Part shown: one piece after another, positions 1 through 7,365 of the stretch
Position numbering within the stretch: position 1 is the stretch's first letter
How the letters are laid out: the number at the start of each line of letters is the position of its first letter
Origin: Holophaga sp.
GTDB taxonomy: Bacteria; Acidobacteriota; Holophagae; Holophagales; Holophagaceae
NCBI GenBank assembly: GCA_049508835.1
Contig: JBELAL010000004.1
Location: 129,420 to 161,419, forward strand
Direction of reading: 5' to 3'
DNA: 32,000 nucleotides
Program-made: the position numbers and the translations under genes
Notes under the pieces: model-generated
The model's input: the letters and a program-made list of their open reading frames with translations, nothing else
Database searches by the model: none
Told to the model about the DNA's origin: nothing

Positions 1-1027
1 GGCCCAGTTCCCGGGCGAAGGACGCGGAGCCCACCTTGACCACCGGCGCGTTGGCGGTGGCGGGAGGATCGAACAGCCAGGCGGTGAAGGTGTCCATGGG
101 ATCCTGGCCGTGCCAGGCGGAGGCGCCGGTGATCTCCCACACTGTTTCCCGGGCCAGGGTGTCCATGGGCATCACCCGGCCGTCGTGCTGCACCGGCAGC
201 ACGCGCAGCGTGTCCGGGCCGGCGCCGGCCCGGAGCGTGCCGGCGCCGGCGAGCAGAACCGCCGCCACCAGCGCCTTGGCGCCCAGGATGGCGGCGCTCC
301 TGACCTTCGCCCCGGCCAGTTCCCGAGCCTGGGCGATGCGGGTGGCCAGGACGATGATCATGCCGGCGATGAGGGTGATGTAGCCGGTGAACACCAGGTT
401 CTGGCCCGGGTCCTTGGACACTGACAGGACCGTGGCCTGCTGCCCGTTCTCCTGGCGGTAGCTGGACTGGTACAGGGCGAAGCCCCGGTGGTGCAGCTCG
501 TGGTTCATCCAGATCTCGGCCGGGAAGGTGCGCCCGCTGTCGTGGTCGGTGATCTCCACCACGCTCTTGAAGCCCGAGGGCCGCATGGTCCCGGGATAGG
601 TCTCCAGCACGAACCGGTCCAGCTTCACGTCGAAGGGCAGCTGGTGGGACGCGCGCAGGCTGCCTTGCGCGTCCCGGTCCTCGATCACCGAGCCCTGCTG
701 GCCTTCCCGGATGCCGATGGTGCCCTCGATCTTGAGGAAGTAGCTGGTGGCGGCGCCGGCGCAGATGAGCAGCAGCGAGGCGTGCACCACCACGAAGCCG
801 ATGCGCTTGCGGGCCCAGGGGAACAGGTCGGCGATGGCACAGGCCACGTTGAGCGCGAACAGGCACTGGAGGCCCAGGAACCACCAGGCGTAGTAGACCA
901 GGCGCCCGGCGGCCTCGGTGCCCAGCCGGCTCTCCAGGATGGTCCCGGCCGACAGCCCCGCCAGCAGCAGCACGAGCAGGATCACCGCCAGCTTGAGCGA
1001 GGCGAGGGTGGCAAAGAGCTTCTTCAT
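1..1027 (-). CDS. Cytochrome c biogenesis protein, ResB/CcsB-like N-terminal part of a probable fused CcsBA (System II). Partial: the 3' end runs off the window.
   Basis: The gene is absent from the ORF track because no stop codon lies in the window. My own translation of the minus strand from the ATG (complement of 1025-1027) stays open to position 1. It reads MKKLFATLASLKLAVILLVLLLAGLSAGTILESRLG...VVVHASLLLICAGA...IGIREGQQ...FDVKLDRFVLETYPGTMRPSGFKSVVEITDHDSGRTFPAEIWMNHELHHRGFALYQSSY...VFTGYITLIAGMIIVLA...LRVLPVQHDGRVMPMDTLARETVWEITG. It shows the ResB pattern: an N-terminal TM segment, a TM histidine, a periplasmic domain ending in YQSSY, and a second TM segment. An N-terminal CcsA-type segment follows. 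Confidence 0.75.
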   Translation of the reverse strand, partial: MKKLFATLASLKLAVILLVLLLAGLSAGTILESRLGTEAAGRLVYYAWWFLGLQCLFALNVACAIADLFPWARKRIGFVVVHASLLLICAGAATSYFLKIEGTIGIREGQQGSVIEDRDAQGSLRASHQLPFDVKLDRFVLETYPGTMRPSGFKSVVEITDHDSGRTFPAEIWMNHELHHRGFALYQSSYRQENGQQATVLSVSKDPGQNLVFTGYITLIAGMIIVLATRIAQARELAGAKVRSAAILGAKALVAAVLLAGAGTLRAGAGPDTLRVLPVQHDGRVMPMDTLARETVWEITGASAWHGQDPMDTFTAWLFDPPATANAPVVKVGSASFARELG

Positions 1028-1102
1028 GGGACGAATCCTGACCGGTCTGGCGACCCCATGGGGCGGACCGCGAAAAGCCTGCGGAGGAGGAACGGAGGCG
1101 GC

Positions 1103-1441
1103 CTACTTCTTCGTGCCCGGGGGGAACGCGGCCACCAGGCTATGGATCTGGGCGTAGACGCTGGTGGGGAGGATGTGGTGGGTGATGAGGTTGGCCTTGG
1201 AACGGTACGGCCGTCCGGCGATGATCTTGTCCGCATAGGCCTCGGTGATGCCTGGAAGGGTCATCAGCTGCGCCTTCCCGGCACTGTTGAGGTCGATCAG
1301 GCTCGCCAAGGGCTTGGGGGCGGGGGCAGAGCCCATGGGCCCGTGGGCCGCCGGCGGATTGGTCGGGCCCGCCACCACGGCGCCGGCGCCTGCCAGCAGG
1401 ATCCAAGCGGTGATGATGGCCTTGAGGGCGCCATGATTCAT
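1103..1441 (-). CDS. ComEA-like helix-hairpin-helix DNA-binding protein with a signal peptide
   Basis: 112-aa ORF. The hydrophobic N-terminus is MNHGALKAIITAWILLAGAGAVVAG. The segment 'IDLNSAGKAQLMTLPGITEAYADKIIAGRPYRSKANLI' matches the ComEA-type HhH motif. A GGAG-type RBS (complement of about 1449-1454) lies upstream of the ATG. Confidence 0.75.
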   Translation of the reverse strand: MNHGALKAIITAWILLAGAGAVVAGPTNPPAAHGPMGSAPAPKPLASLIDLNSAGKAQLMTLPGITEAYADKIIAGRPYRSKANLITHHILPTSVYAQIHSLVAAFPPGTKK

Positions 1442-1475
1442 AAATTATCTCCTCAAACAACTTATACGGTCTCTT

Positions 1476-1504
1476 TTTCTAACAAACGGGCGCGGGCTTG
1501 TCAA
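1476..1504 (-). promoter_or_regulatory. Putative sigma70-type promoter for the ComEA-like gene
   Basis: The minus strand reads TTGACA (complement of 1499-1504), then 17 nt, then TAGAAA (complement of 1476-1481). It sits about 35 nt upstream of the RBS/ATG at 1441. Pattern match only. Confidence 0.3.
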
Positions 1505-1541
1505 GGCGGCCCGTGCCGCCGGGGTCTCGGAGACAACCGCA

Positions 1542-1574
1542 AAACGACCCGGATGCGGGGTCGCACCCGGGTCG
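1542..1574 (-). terminator. Putative intrinsic terminator after the decaheme cytochrome gene
   Basis: The minus-sense RNA forms GACCCGGGUGCG-ACCC-CGCAUCCGGGUC, a 12-bp stem with one G.U pair. It is followed by GUUUUG and lies about 55 nt downstream of the TAA stop at 1630-1632. The U-tract is short. Confidence 0.4.
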
Positions 1575-1629
1575 CTGCTTCAGGTCCTGCAAGCGTCCGG
1601 GACGGAATCGCTTCCGCCCGGTCGGGACA

Positions 1630-4515
1630 TTAGAAGTTCATGTGAACGACATCGATGTCGGCCACGCCGCCGGACCCGTGGCACACCAGGCACTGCTCGT
1701 TGGAAGCCAGCACGATGGGGCTGGGAGCGGTGGTGGGCGTGGTGAAGGAGCCGTTGGCGTTCTTGACCGGGACGCTGCCGCGCTGGACATACCACGTGCC
1801 GCCGTTGGCGGTCATGTGGCTCACGGCCGCCGCGCTGTCGTGGCAGGCGCCGCAGGCCGAGGTGATCGGCGAAGTCACTGCGCTCAGGGCGTAATTGGCC
1901 GGCTGGGCGGTGACCCAGGCAGCGGTGGCCGGGGCCGGAGCAACGAAGGACTGGGTCGCGCCGTAGTTGCCGCTGGGGGTGACCCAGGGGGAATTGCCGG
2001 TGGCGGCCAAGGTGCCGGAGGCGACGGTCGGCCACAGCATGCCGGAGATCTGCCCGGCGTTGGTGCTGTTGCTGAAATCGTAGGAGCCGGGCACGTGGCA
2101 GGCTTCGCAGTCGTTCAGGATGCCGGGGTAGAGGATGCCCGGGAAGTTGGACTGCGCGGTGTAGGCGTTGCTGCGGAAACCGCCCGCATGGAGCGCGTGC
2201 ACCCAGGTCTTGGCGTCGTAGGTCCAGCCGCCGGTGGTGCCGGTGGCGTAGTGGCAGAAGACGCAGGCCGAGCCGTCGTTGAACTCGTTGCCGTGGAAGG
2301 ACGGGATGGCGCTGGTGCCGTTGGTGGTGAAGTTGCCCAGGTTCTCGTGGCAGGTGTTGCAGCTGCTGGGGTCGATGATGGAGCGCCGGGCGATCAGCTT
2401 GACGCCGTTGGCCGTGCCGGTGACGCTGGCCCAGGTGGTCTGGGCGGGCAGCAGGAGGCCGCCGGTGCCCTGGCTGCCGTTGCCGCTCGCGGTGGTCGCC
2501 TTGTTCCAGACGAAGTTCGGAGCGGTGGTGCCGTAGGCGCTGTTGGGACGGTTGGACAGGTGGGTGTCGGCGGTCAGGCTGGCCTGGACGACGCCGGAGA
2601 AGCCGATGCCGAGGGCGACCAGCTGGGTGCCGGGGGGCACCTGGATGCCGTCCATGACGATCTGGTAAGTGCCGGGGGCGCCAGGCATCTGGATGCCCTG
2701 GGAAGCGACCAGCACGCCCGACTTGGTGGTCGCGGTCTTGTTCCAGATGTACCTGAGGTTCCAGGAAGCACTGTCATTGTGACCGTAGTTGAAGTCGGTG
2801 GGCGTGATGCCGTCCTGGGGGATGCCCATGGCCAGCGCGATGTTCGGGCCTTGGGCGAACCCGGTGGGCATGGCTTCCGTGGTGGGATCGGTGGTGCCGG
2901 GCACGAACGGATTGAGGATGGCCGGAGTCCCGTTGATCAGGATCTGGAACTTCAGGACCGGGTTGTTGGTGGAGGTCATCGCGGCGGACAAGATGTTGTA
3001 GCTGACCGTGGCAGCGCCGGCGGGCAGGTTGGCCGGGCTGGTGGCCTGCCAGTTGTTGGTGGCGAGGCTGCCGTGCGCAGCAACGTTGGTGGCGTTCTCG
3101 GCCGGGCTCATCAGGGGCGTGTGGTAGACCTGGATGTCCTGGGCGGAGTGGCAGGTGGCGCACTGGCTGTCGTCGGTCACGACGCCGCCGACGTGGTTGG
3201 TGCCGGTGGTGATGAAGTCGACGTTGTCGTGGCAGCCGCCGCAGGCTGCGCGGCTGGGCACGGTCTGCCAGTTGCCGGCCTGGGGCGCGGCAGCGTTGGT
3301 GACGTGGCAGGCGCCGCAATTGGCGGTGTTCTGCGGGAAGTTGATGGAGTACTCGCCGGCGACACCGGAGGCCGCGGAGGCGTTGGAGGTGTTGTCCGGC
3401 GTGATGTCGTGGCCAGCCATCAGGAGGTTGGAACCCTGGTGGATCTGGTGGATCAGCTCGTCGAAGGTGAACTCGGCGGTTCCGTTGACCTGGGCGACGC
3501 TGCTGGTGAAGGTGCCGGTCACGTTGTTGTTCGCGGCGGTGTAGGTCCTGGTGGCCTCGGTGGCGCCGTACCTGCGCTGATCGGTGTGGCAGATCGTGCA
3601 GTTCTTGGGGTCGGTCCGGTGGCCGCCGTGGTAGGCCAGCTCGGTGTGGCATTTGTCGCAGGTGGACAGCAGGACGATCTCGCGGCTGTTGGCCGAGGGA
3701 GTCACGACCGCGCCGGTGGCCGGGACGAAATCGTAGCTGATGTTGATGGGATGCTGGATCTCAGCGTTGGACGGGCCGTTGGAGCCGTCCGGGGTGTTGG
3801 CGTGGCTGCCGACGCCGTAGCCGCGGGCGTTGCCGAAGAACTCGATGACGACGCGGGTGGGGGCGCTGGCGTCGAACGCCAGGTTGGTGGGATCCAGGCC
3901 ACTCACGTCCTTGCTGTTGGCCGTTCCGTACGCGGTCACGGCCGACGCCACCTTGGTGATGTCAGTCATGAAGGTGTAGGTGTAGGTGCCGTCGCCGTGA
4001 CCGACCAGGGTGCCGTTGCCGTCCGTGGTGGGACCGGTGGGAACCGAAGTGGGGCTCTTCTGGGTGGGCGTGGTCATGCATACGTAGTTGACCCACTTGC
4101 TCGGGGCCCCGGCAACGGGGGCGCTGGGCAGCCCGCCTTGCGGGATCAGCTTGGCGATGGTGAAGGTCAGGTTGGGATAGCTGGCGGTCAGGTCGCTGCT
4201 CGGGCTCAGCTTGGTGAAGGTGTCGAGCCCCGCGATGGGCATCTGGACGCCGCCGACATTGCCGGTGATCTTGAAGTTCACTACCGGCTTGCCCTGGGTC
4301 GAGCTGACGGTGACGCCGCTGATGGTGCCCACGGGATTGAGGGCGATCCACTGGGCCGAGGTCAGGTTGGCCGCGTTGACGGCGCCGTTGGTGTTGGGGG
4401 CGCTGGTGCCGGCTGGTCCGGCTGGTCCGGTCGAGCCGTTGCACCCGACCAGGATGGCGACGGTTATCGCGCCTGCGAGCAGGGCGCAAAACCGGGTGGT
4501 GGGATGAGGTGACAT
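1630..4515 (-). CDS. Decaheme c-type cytochrome lipoprotein, MtrC/OmcA-like architecture (961 aa)
   Basis: The signal peptide plus lipobox is ...AITVAILVGC(25)NGS. There are ten CXXCH motifs: CDKCH, CTICH, CGACH, CGGCH, CATCH, then CNTCH, CVFCH, CEACH, CGACH, CLVCH. They form two pentaheme blocks separated by a heme-free stretch of about 262 aa, after a heme-free N-terminal domain of about 260 aa. An AAGGAG RBS lies upstream of the ATG at 4515. Confidence 0.9.
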   Translation of the reverse strand: MSPHPTTRFCALLAGAITVAILVGCNGSTGPAGPAGTSAPNTNGAVNAANLTSAQWIALNPVGTISGVTVSSTQGKPVVNFKITGNVGGVQMPIAGLDTFTKLSPSSDLTASYPNLTFTIAKLIPQGGLPSAPVAGAPSKWVNYVCMTTPTQKSPTSVPTGPTTDGNGTLVGHGDGTYTYTFMTDITKVASAVTAYGTANSKDVSGLDPTNLAFDASAPTRVVIEFFGNARGYGVGSHANTPDGSNGPSNAEIQHPINISYDFVPATGAVVTPSANSREIVLLSTCDKCHTELAYHGGHRTDPKNCTICHTDQRRYGATEATRTYTAANNNVTGTFTSSVAQVNGTAEFTFDELIHQIHQGSNLLMAGHDITPDNTSNASAASGVAGEYSINFPQNTANCGACHVTNAAAPQAGNWQTVPSRAACGGCHDNVDFITTGTNHVGGVVTDDSQCATCHSAQDIQVYHTPLMSPAENATNVAAHGSLATNNWQATSPANLPAGAATVSYNILSAAMTSTNNPVLKFQILINGTPAILNPFVPGTTDPTTEAMPTGFAQGPNIALAMGIPQDGITPTDFNYGHNDSASWNLRYIWNKTATTKSGVLVASQGIQMPGAPGTYQIVMDGIQVPPGTQLVALGIGFSGVVQASLTADTHLSNRPNSAYGTTAPNFVWNKATTASGNGSQGTGGLLLPAQTTWASVTGTANGVKLIARRSIIDPSSCNTCHENLGNFTTNGTSAIPSFHGNEFNDGSACVFCHYATGTTGGWTYDAKTWVHALHAGGFRSNAYTAQSNFPGILYPGILNDCEACHVPGSYDFSNSTNAGQISGMLWPTVASGTLAATGNSPWVTPSGNYGATQSFVAPAPATAAWVTAQPANYALSAVTSPITSACGACHDSAAAVSHMTANGGTWYVQRGSVPVKNANGSFTTPTTAPSPIVLASNEQCLVCHGSGGVADIDVVHMNF

Positions 4516-4688
4516 TCTGGCGGTCTCCTTAGAGGTGAGGGTTGAGGTATGACGGTTCAGGGTTGCAATCGGTGGAAGCGACTGGATGGATGGCTCACCT
4601 CCTGCTGCAGAGTTGAATGGTTTTCAGGTCAAGATCTCTTTGAACCGGGAAGGGGGGTCCGCCGAAGCGGATCCGCCCGCACGGGCTT

Positions 4689-5342
4689 CTAGTTGTTGCT
4701 GGTCGGAGTCAGCTCGCCGTGGCACATGGTGTTGTTGGTGCACCCCGGCGCCGTGCCGGCGGGCGCGGGATTGGCCGGCCTGAGGGTGGAATTGGCCCCG
4801 CCGGCGTGGCACTGGTAGCAGACCGGGGCATTGCTCAGGTTCGTGATCGCATGGTTGATGAGGGGATCCGTCGGCCTAGTCCAGTCCGCCGCCGCCGGGT
4901 GCGGCGCCCCGGGGTGGCAGGCGTAGCAGGAGATGGCCGGGCCGTCGGCGAAGTCCGTGTTGTGGCAGGTGGTGCAGTAGGCCATGCCGGAGGTGGGACC
5001 GGCGACCGCCATGGCGCCCTGAAGCCCGTGCTGGTCGCCGTCCTGCCAGTTGGCGGGGTGCGCCGGGCCGTTGGGATGGTGGCAGCCGAAGCAGCTCACC
5101 TTGGAGATCCCGCCCGCCTGGGTGGGATCCGTGTAGGACCCGTGGCAGGTCGTGCAGTAGGCGGGGTTCTGGTAGAACGTGTTGGGGTGGGTCGTCACCC
5201 AATCCGCAGGATGCTGGCCCGTCGCGCTCAGTGTCGGCGCCTGGCTGGTTCCGCCAGAGCACCCCAGGAAGAGTGCGGCGATGGCCACCGCGATGCCGGT
5301 TCCGACCCTCAGGCTGGCTCTGCTCATCATGTTCCCCTTCAT
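4689..5342 (-). CDS. Multiheme c-type cytochrome lipoprotein (5 CXXCH plus one atypical CX5CH), 217 aa
   Basis: The lipobox is ALFLGC-SGG. CXXCH motifs are CTTCH, CFGCH, CTTCH, CYACH and CYQCH, plus a C-terminal CTNNTMCH. The start may be one of the internal ATGs at 5330 or 5327 (MMSRAS...), which have a better GGGGA RBS. Confidence 0.85.
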   Translation of the reverse strand: MKGNMMSRASLRVGTGIAVAIAALFLGCSGGTSQAPTLSATGQHPADWVTTHPNTFYQNPAYCTTCHGSYTDPTQAGGISKVSCFGCHHPNGPAHPANWQDGDQHGLQGAMAVAGPTSGMAYCTTCHNTDFADGPAISCYACHPGAPHPAAADWTRPTDPLINHAITNLSNAPVCYQCHAGGANSTLRPANPAPAGTAPGCTNNTMCHGELTPTSNN

Positions 5343-5356
5343 CTTTCAATCCGAAG

Positions 5357-5830
5357 CTATTTGTGGCAGAGGAGGCACTTCTCGTTGTCGGCCCGGCCGT
5401 GGCACTTGAAGCAGCTGGTCGGATCCGCCTGGGCGTCGAACTTGTGCAGGACCAGGTAGTTCCCCCGGTGCGGCATGTCCCGGTCGGGACGGTCCCCGAG
5501 CTTCACGTCGGGCCGCATCATCACCTTGCCGCTGTGGCAGTCGGCGCAGAAGGCGGTGGAATGGCAGACGGCGCACACGTTGGAGTCCCGGCCCGCCGCG
5601 AAACGGTGGTCCCTGATGAACTCGGGCGTGTGGTCGAAGGCGGAATAGGGCTTGGCCGCGCCGGCCAGGGTCCCGTCCGCGTGGCAGGTGGTGCACTGCG
5701 GCCGGCCGGGGCCCAGTTCCTGGGGATGGGTGGGAGCGAAGCTGGAGGCGGGGGCGATGGGATTGCAGGCGATCGTCAGCCCAAGGCCGAAGGCCACGGC
5801 CAGGACGAGAAGAAGGGCTTTACGGATCAT
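5357..5830 (-). CDS. Small pentaheme c-type cytochrome (157 aa), probably periplasmic or lipid-anchored
   Basis: The signal sequence is MIRKALLLVLAVAFGLGLTIAC. There are five CXXCH motifs (CTTCH, CAVCH, CADCH, CFKCH, CLLCH) in about 135 mature residues. The start ATG overlaps the stop of the upstream barrel gene (ATGA at 5827-5830). Confidence 0.85.
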   Translation of the reverse strand: MIRKALLLVLAVAFGLGLTIACNPIAPASSFAPTHPQELGPGRPQCTTCHADGTLAGAAKPYSAFDHTPEFIRDHRFAAGRDSNVCAVCHSTAFCADCHSGKVMMRPDVKLGDRPDRDMPHRGNYLVLHKFDAQADPTSCFKCHGRADNEKCLLCHK

Positions 5831-7233
5831 TTACTGCCTCCCTTGCTGGCGATGCTGAAGCGGTAGGTGGTGCGCAGCAGCACGCTGACTTGGTTCTTGT
5901 AGTAGGCGTCCAGGGCGTAGGTCAGGTCGCCGGACACGGAGAGGTTGGCGGTGGGGTTCATGCCCACGGAACCCACCACCTGGGTGATGGTCGACTTGCT
6001 GTAGAGGTTGGGGTTTGAGCTGTCGTCGAACTGGTAGAAGATCCCGTCCAGGCTGGCGTGGAAGCTCTTGCCCTGATACATGACCCAGGCGCGGTACTCT
6101 TCCCTGGACATGCCGAAGAGGGCCGGCGCGAAGGAGTAGGGGATGGCGGTCGGCATCAGCAGGTCGGGGGAGCTGACCTTGTGGAACCCGCCCCCGGCCT
6201 GGTACTTCGACTCGGGCACGGCCCAGCGCACGTCCGCGCCGTAGCGGGTGGTGGTCCCGTAGGTCTCGCGGTCGGTCTGGCGGTAGTCCAGGATCACCTG
6301 GACGGCGTCGGCGGGCCCCAGGGCCAGGGTGCCGCCCTTGGCCTTGATCTTGTCCGGGGTGTCCAGATGGAACAGGTCGGGCAGGTTGGTGCCGGCGAAG
6401 TACGCTTCGAGGTTGCGCTCCACGTAGTTCACGGTGAGGGTGGCCACCGGCGAGAACTTGTAGCTGGCGGCGTAGTCCTCTTCAGCCACTCGGGACGGGC
6501 TCTGGCCCGGCGTGCCGGGGGCCTGGTAGTGGCTGGCCACGTCGAACAGGGTGTGTCCGGTGATCTCCAGCCTGGCCACGGGCGCCAGGCGGAGGTCGGT
6601 GCCCACCTGCTTCCGGGTGAAGTCCACCGGGGGCGGGGTCGCTATGTCCTCCACCTTGGTGGTCCCGTCCTGGAGGTAGGAGACGCCCACCTCGCCCACG
6701 GTCCCCAGGCGGTAGCCCAGGCGGGAGCCGAAGATGACGTCGGTCTGGTACTTGTAGTCGTAGTTGGTGCCCGGCCGCAGTTCCTGGGTCTTGTAGTGGA
6801 CCGGGGTCCCGAAGAAGGCGGAGAGGTTGAAGCCGCCCCTGAGGTCGGTGCGGGCGCTGACCCCGTCGACCTGTTCCACCCCCGCGCCCTGGTTGACGGC
6901 GAACCGGCCCGCCTTGAGCTCCGCGTTGGCCTGGCCGAAACGGTAGTCCAGGTAGGCGTAGCTGAGGTCGCCGGCGGACTTGCCGAAGGGCAGGCTCTGG
7001 TCCCCGAGATCCATGGCCCCCCAGCCGTACAAGTGCAGAGACAACGCATCCGACCCCAGGTGGGTGCCATCGATGCCCAGGAATTCCGTCCCCGGCGCGA
7101 TGGTCTGGTTGAACCCCGGGACGTCCTGCTTGCCGTACTGGAGCATGGTGGTGCTGAAACCGCTGAATTCCTGGGCCCACGCACCGGTTGATGCCAGGGT
7201 GACTAGCAGGACCACACGGTTGCGTTGTTTCAT
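5827..7233 (-). CDS. Porin-like outer-membrane beta-barrel protein (468 aa from ATG 7233)
   Basis: The signal peptide is MKQRNRVVLLVTLASTGAWA-QEF. The sequence has an alternating hydrophobic/aromatic pattern throughout, is Tyr/Gly/Thr/Asp rich, has no Cys and no heme motifs, and carries the terminal strand ...LLRTTYRF near the C-terminus. The ATG at 7233 has a GAGGAG RBS. The track start at 7251 is a GTG lying within that RBS, so I prefer 7233. Confidence 0.8.
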   Translation of the reverse strand: MKQRNRVVLLVTLASTGAWAQEFSGFSTTMLQYGKQDVPGFNQTIAPGTEFLGIDGTHLGSDALSLHLYGWGAMDLGDQSLPFGKSAGDLSYAYLDYRFGQANAELKAGRFAVNQGAGVEQVDGVSARTDLRGGFNLSAFFGTPVHYKTQELRPGTNYDYKYQTDVIFGSRLGYRLGTVGEVGVSYLQDGTTKVEDIATPPPVDFTRKQVGTDLRLAPVARLEITGHTLFDVASHYQAPGTPGQSPSRVAEEDYAASYKFSPVATLTVNYVERNLEAYFAGTNLPDLFHLDTPDKIKAKGGTLALGPADAVQVILDYRQTDRETYGTTTRYGADVRWAVPESKYQAGGGFHKVSSPDLLMPTAIPYSFAPALFGMSREEYRAWVMYQGKSFHASLDGIFYQFDDSSNPNLYSKSTITQVVGSVGMNPTANLSVSGDLTYALDAYYKNQVSVLLRTTYRFSIASKGGSK

Positions 7234-7265
7234 GGTTCTTCTCCTCTGCACAGGCCAAGGCGCAA

Positions 7266-7292
7266 AGCCGGTCCAAACCTGCTGGACCGGCT
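7266..7292 (-). other. Perfect 10-bp stem hairpin or palindrome in the leader of the barrel-cytochrome operon
   Basis: AGCCGGTCCA-aacctgc-TGGACCGGCT (7266-7292), about 33 nt upstream of the ATG at 7233. Confidence 0.4.
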
Positions 7293-7337
7293 GGAAATCT
7301 GGGGGTGCTGCTGGATTTGAAATAATCAGGTGTCTGG

Positions 7338-7365
7338 ATTTTGAACCAAATTAAGGATACGTCAA
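7338..7365 (-). promoter_or_regulatory. Candidate sigma70-like promoter of the barrel-cytochrome operon
   Basis: The minus strand reads TTGACG (complement of 7360-7365), then 16 nt, then CAAAAT (complement of 7338-7343). The -10 element overlaps one of the CTGGATTT repeats. Pattern match only. Confidence 0.25.

Noticed and set aside
1498-4512. 1004-aa plus-strand ORF covering the decaheme cytochrome gene. The same applies to the other very long ORFs lying antisense to confident genes: 488-1633, 6058-7191, 8557-9849, 9810-12026, 10301-12421, 12832-14262, 13344-14414, 14401-16305, 16561-17454, 17405-18352, 17527-18405, 18478-19935, 19860-20609, 20506-21375, 22014-22781, 22654-24048, 22775-24010, 25833-26921, 26872-27546, 26970-27644, 27658-29016, 27831-28748, 28895-30892, 29845-31053 and 30856-31974.
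   Set aside because: These are shadow ORFs typical of high-G+C DNA. Their translations are low-complexity Gly/Ala/Arg/Pro/Val strings with no recognisable motifs. The opposite or alternative frame encodes proteins with unambiguous family signatures.
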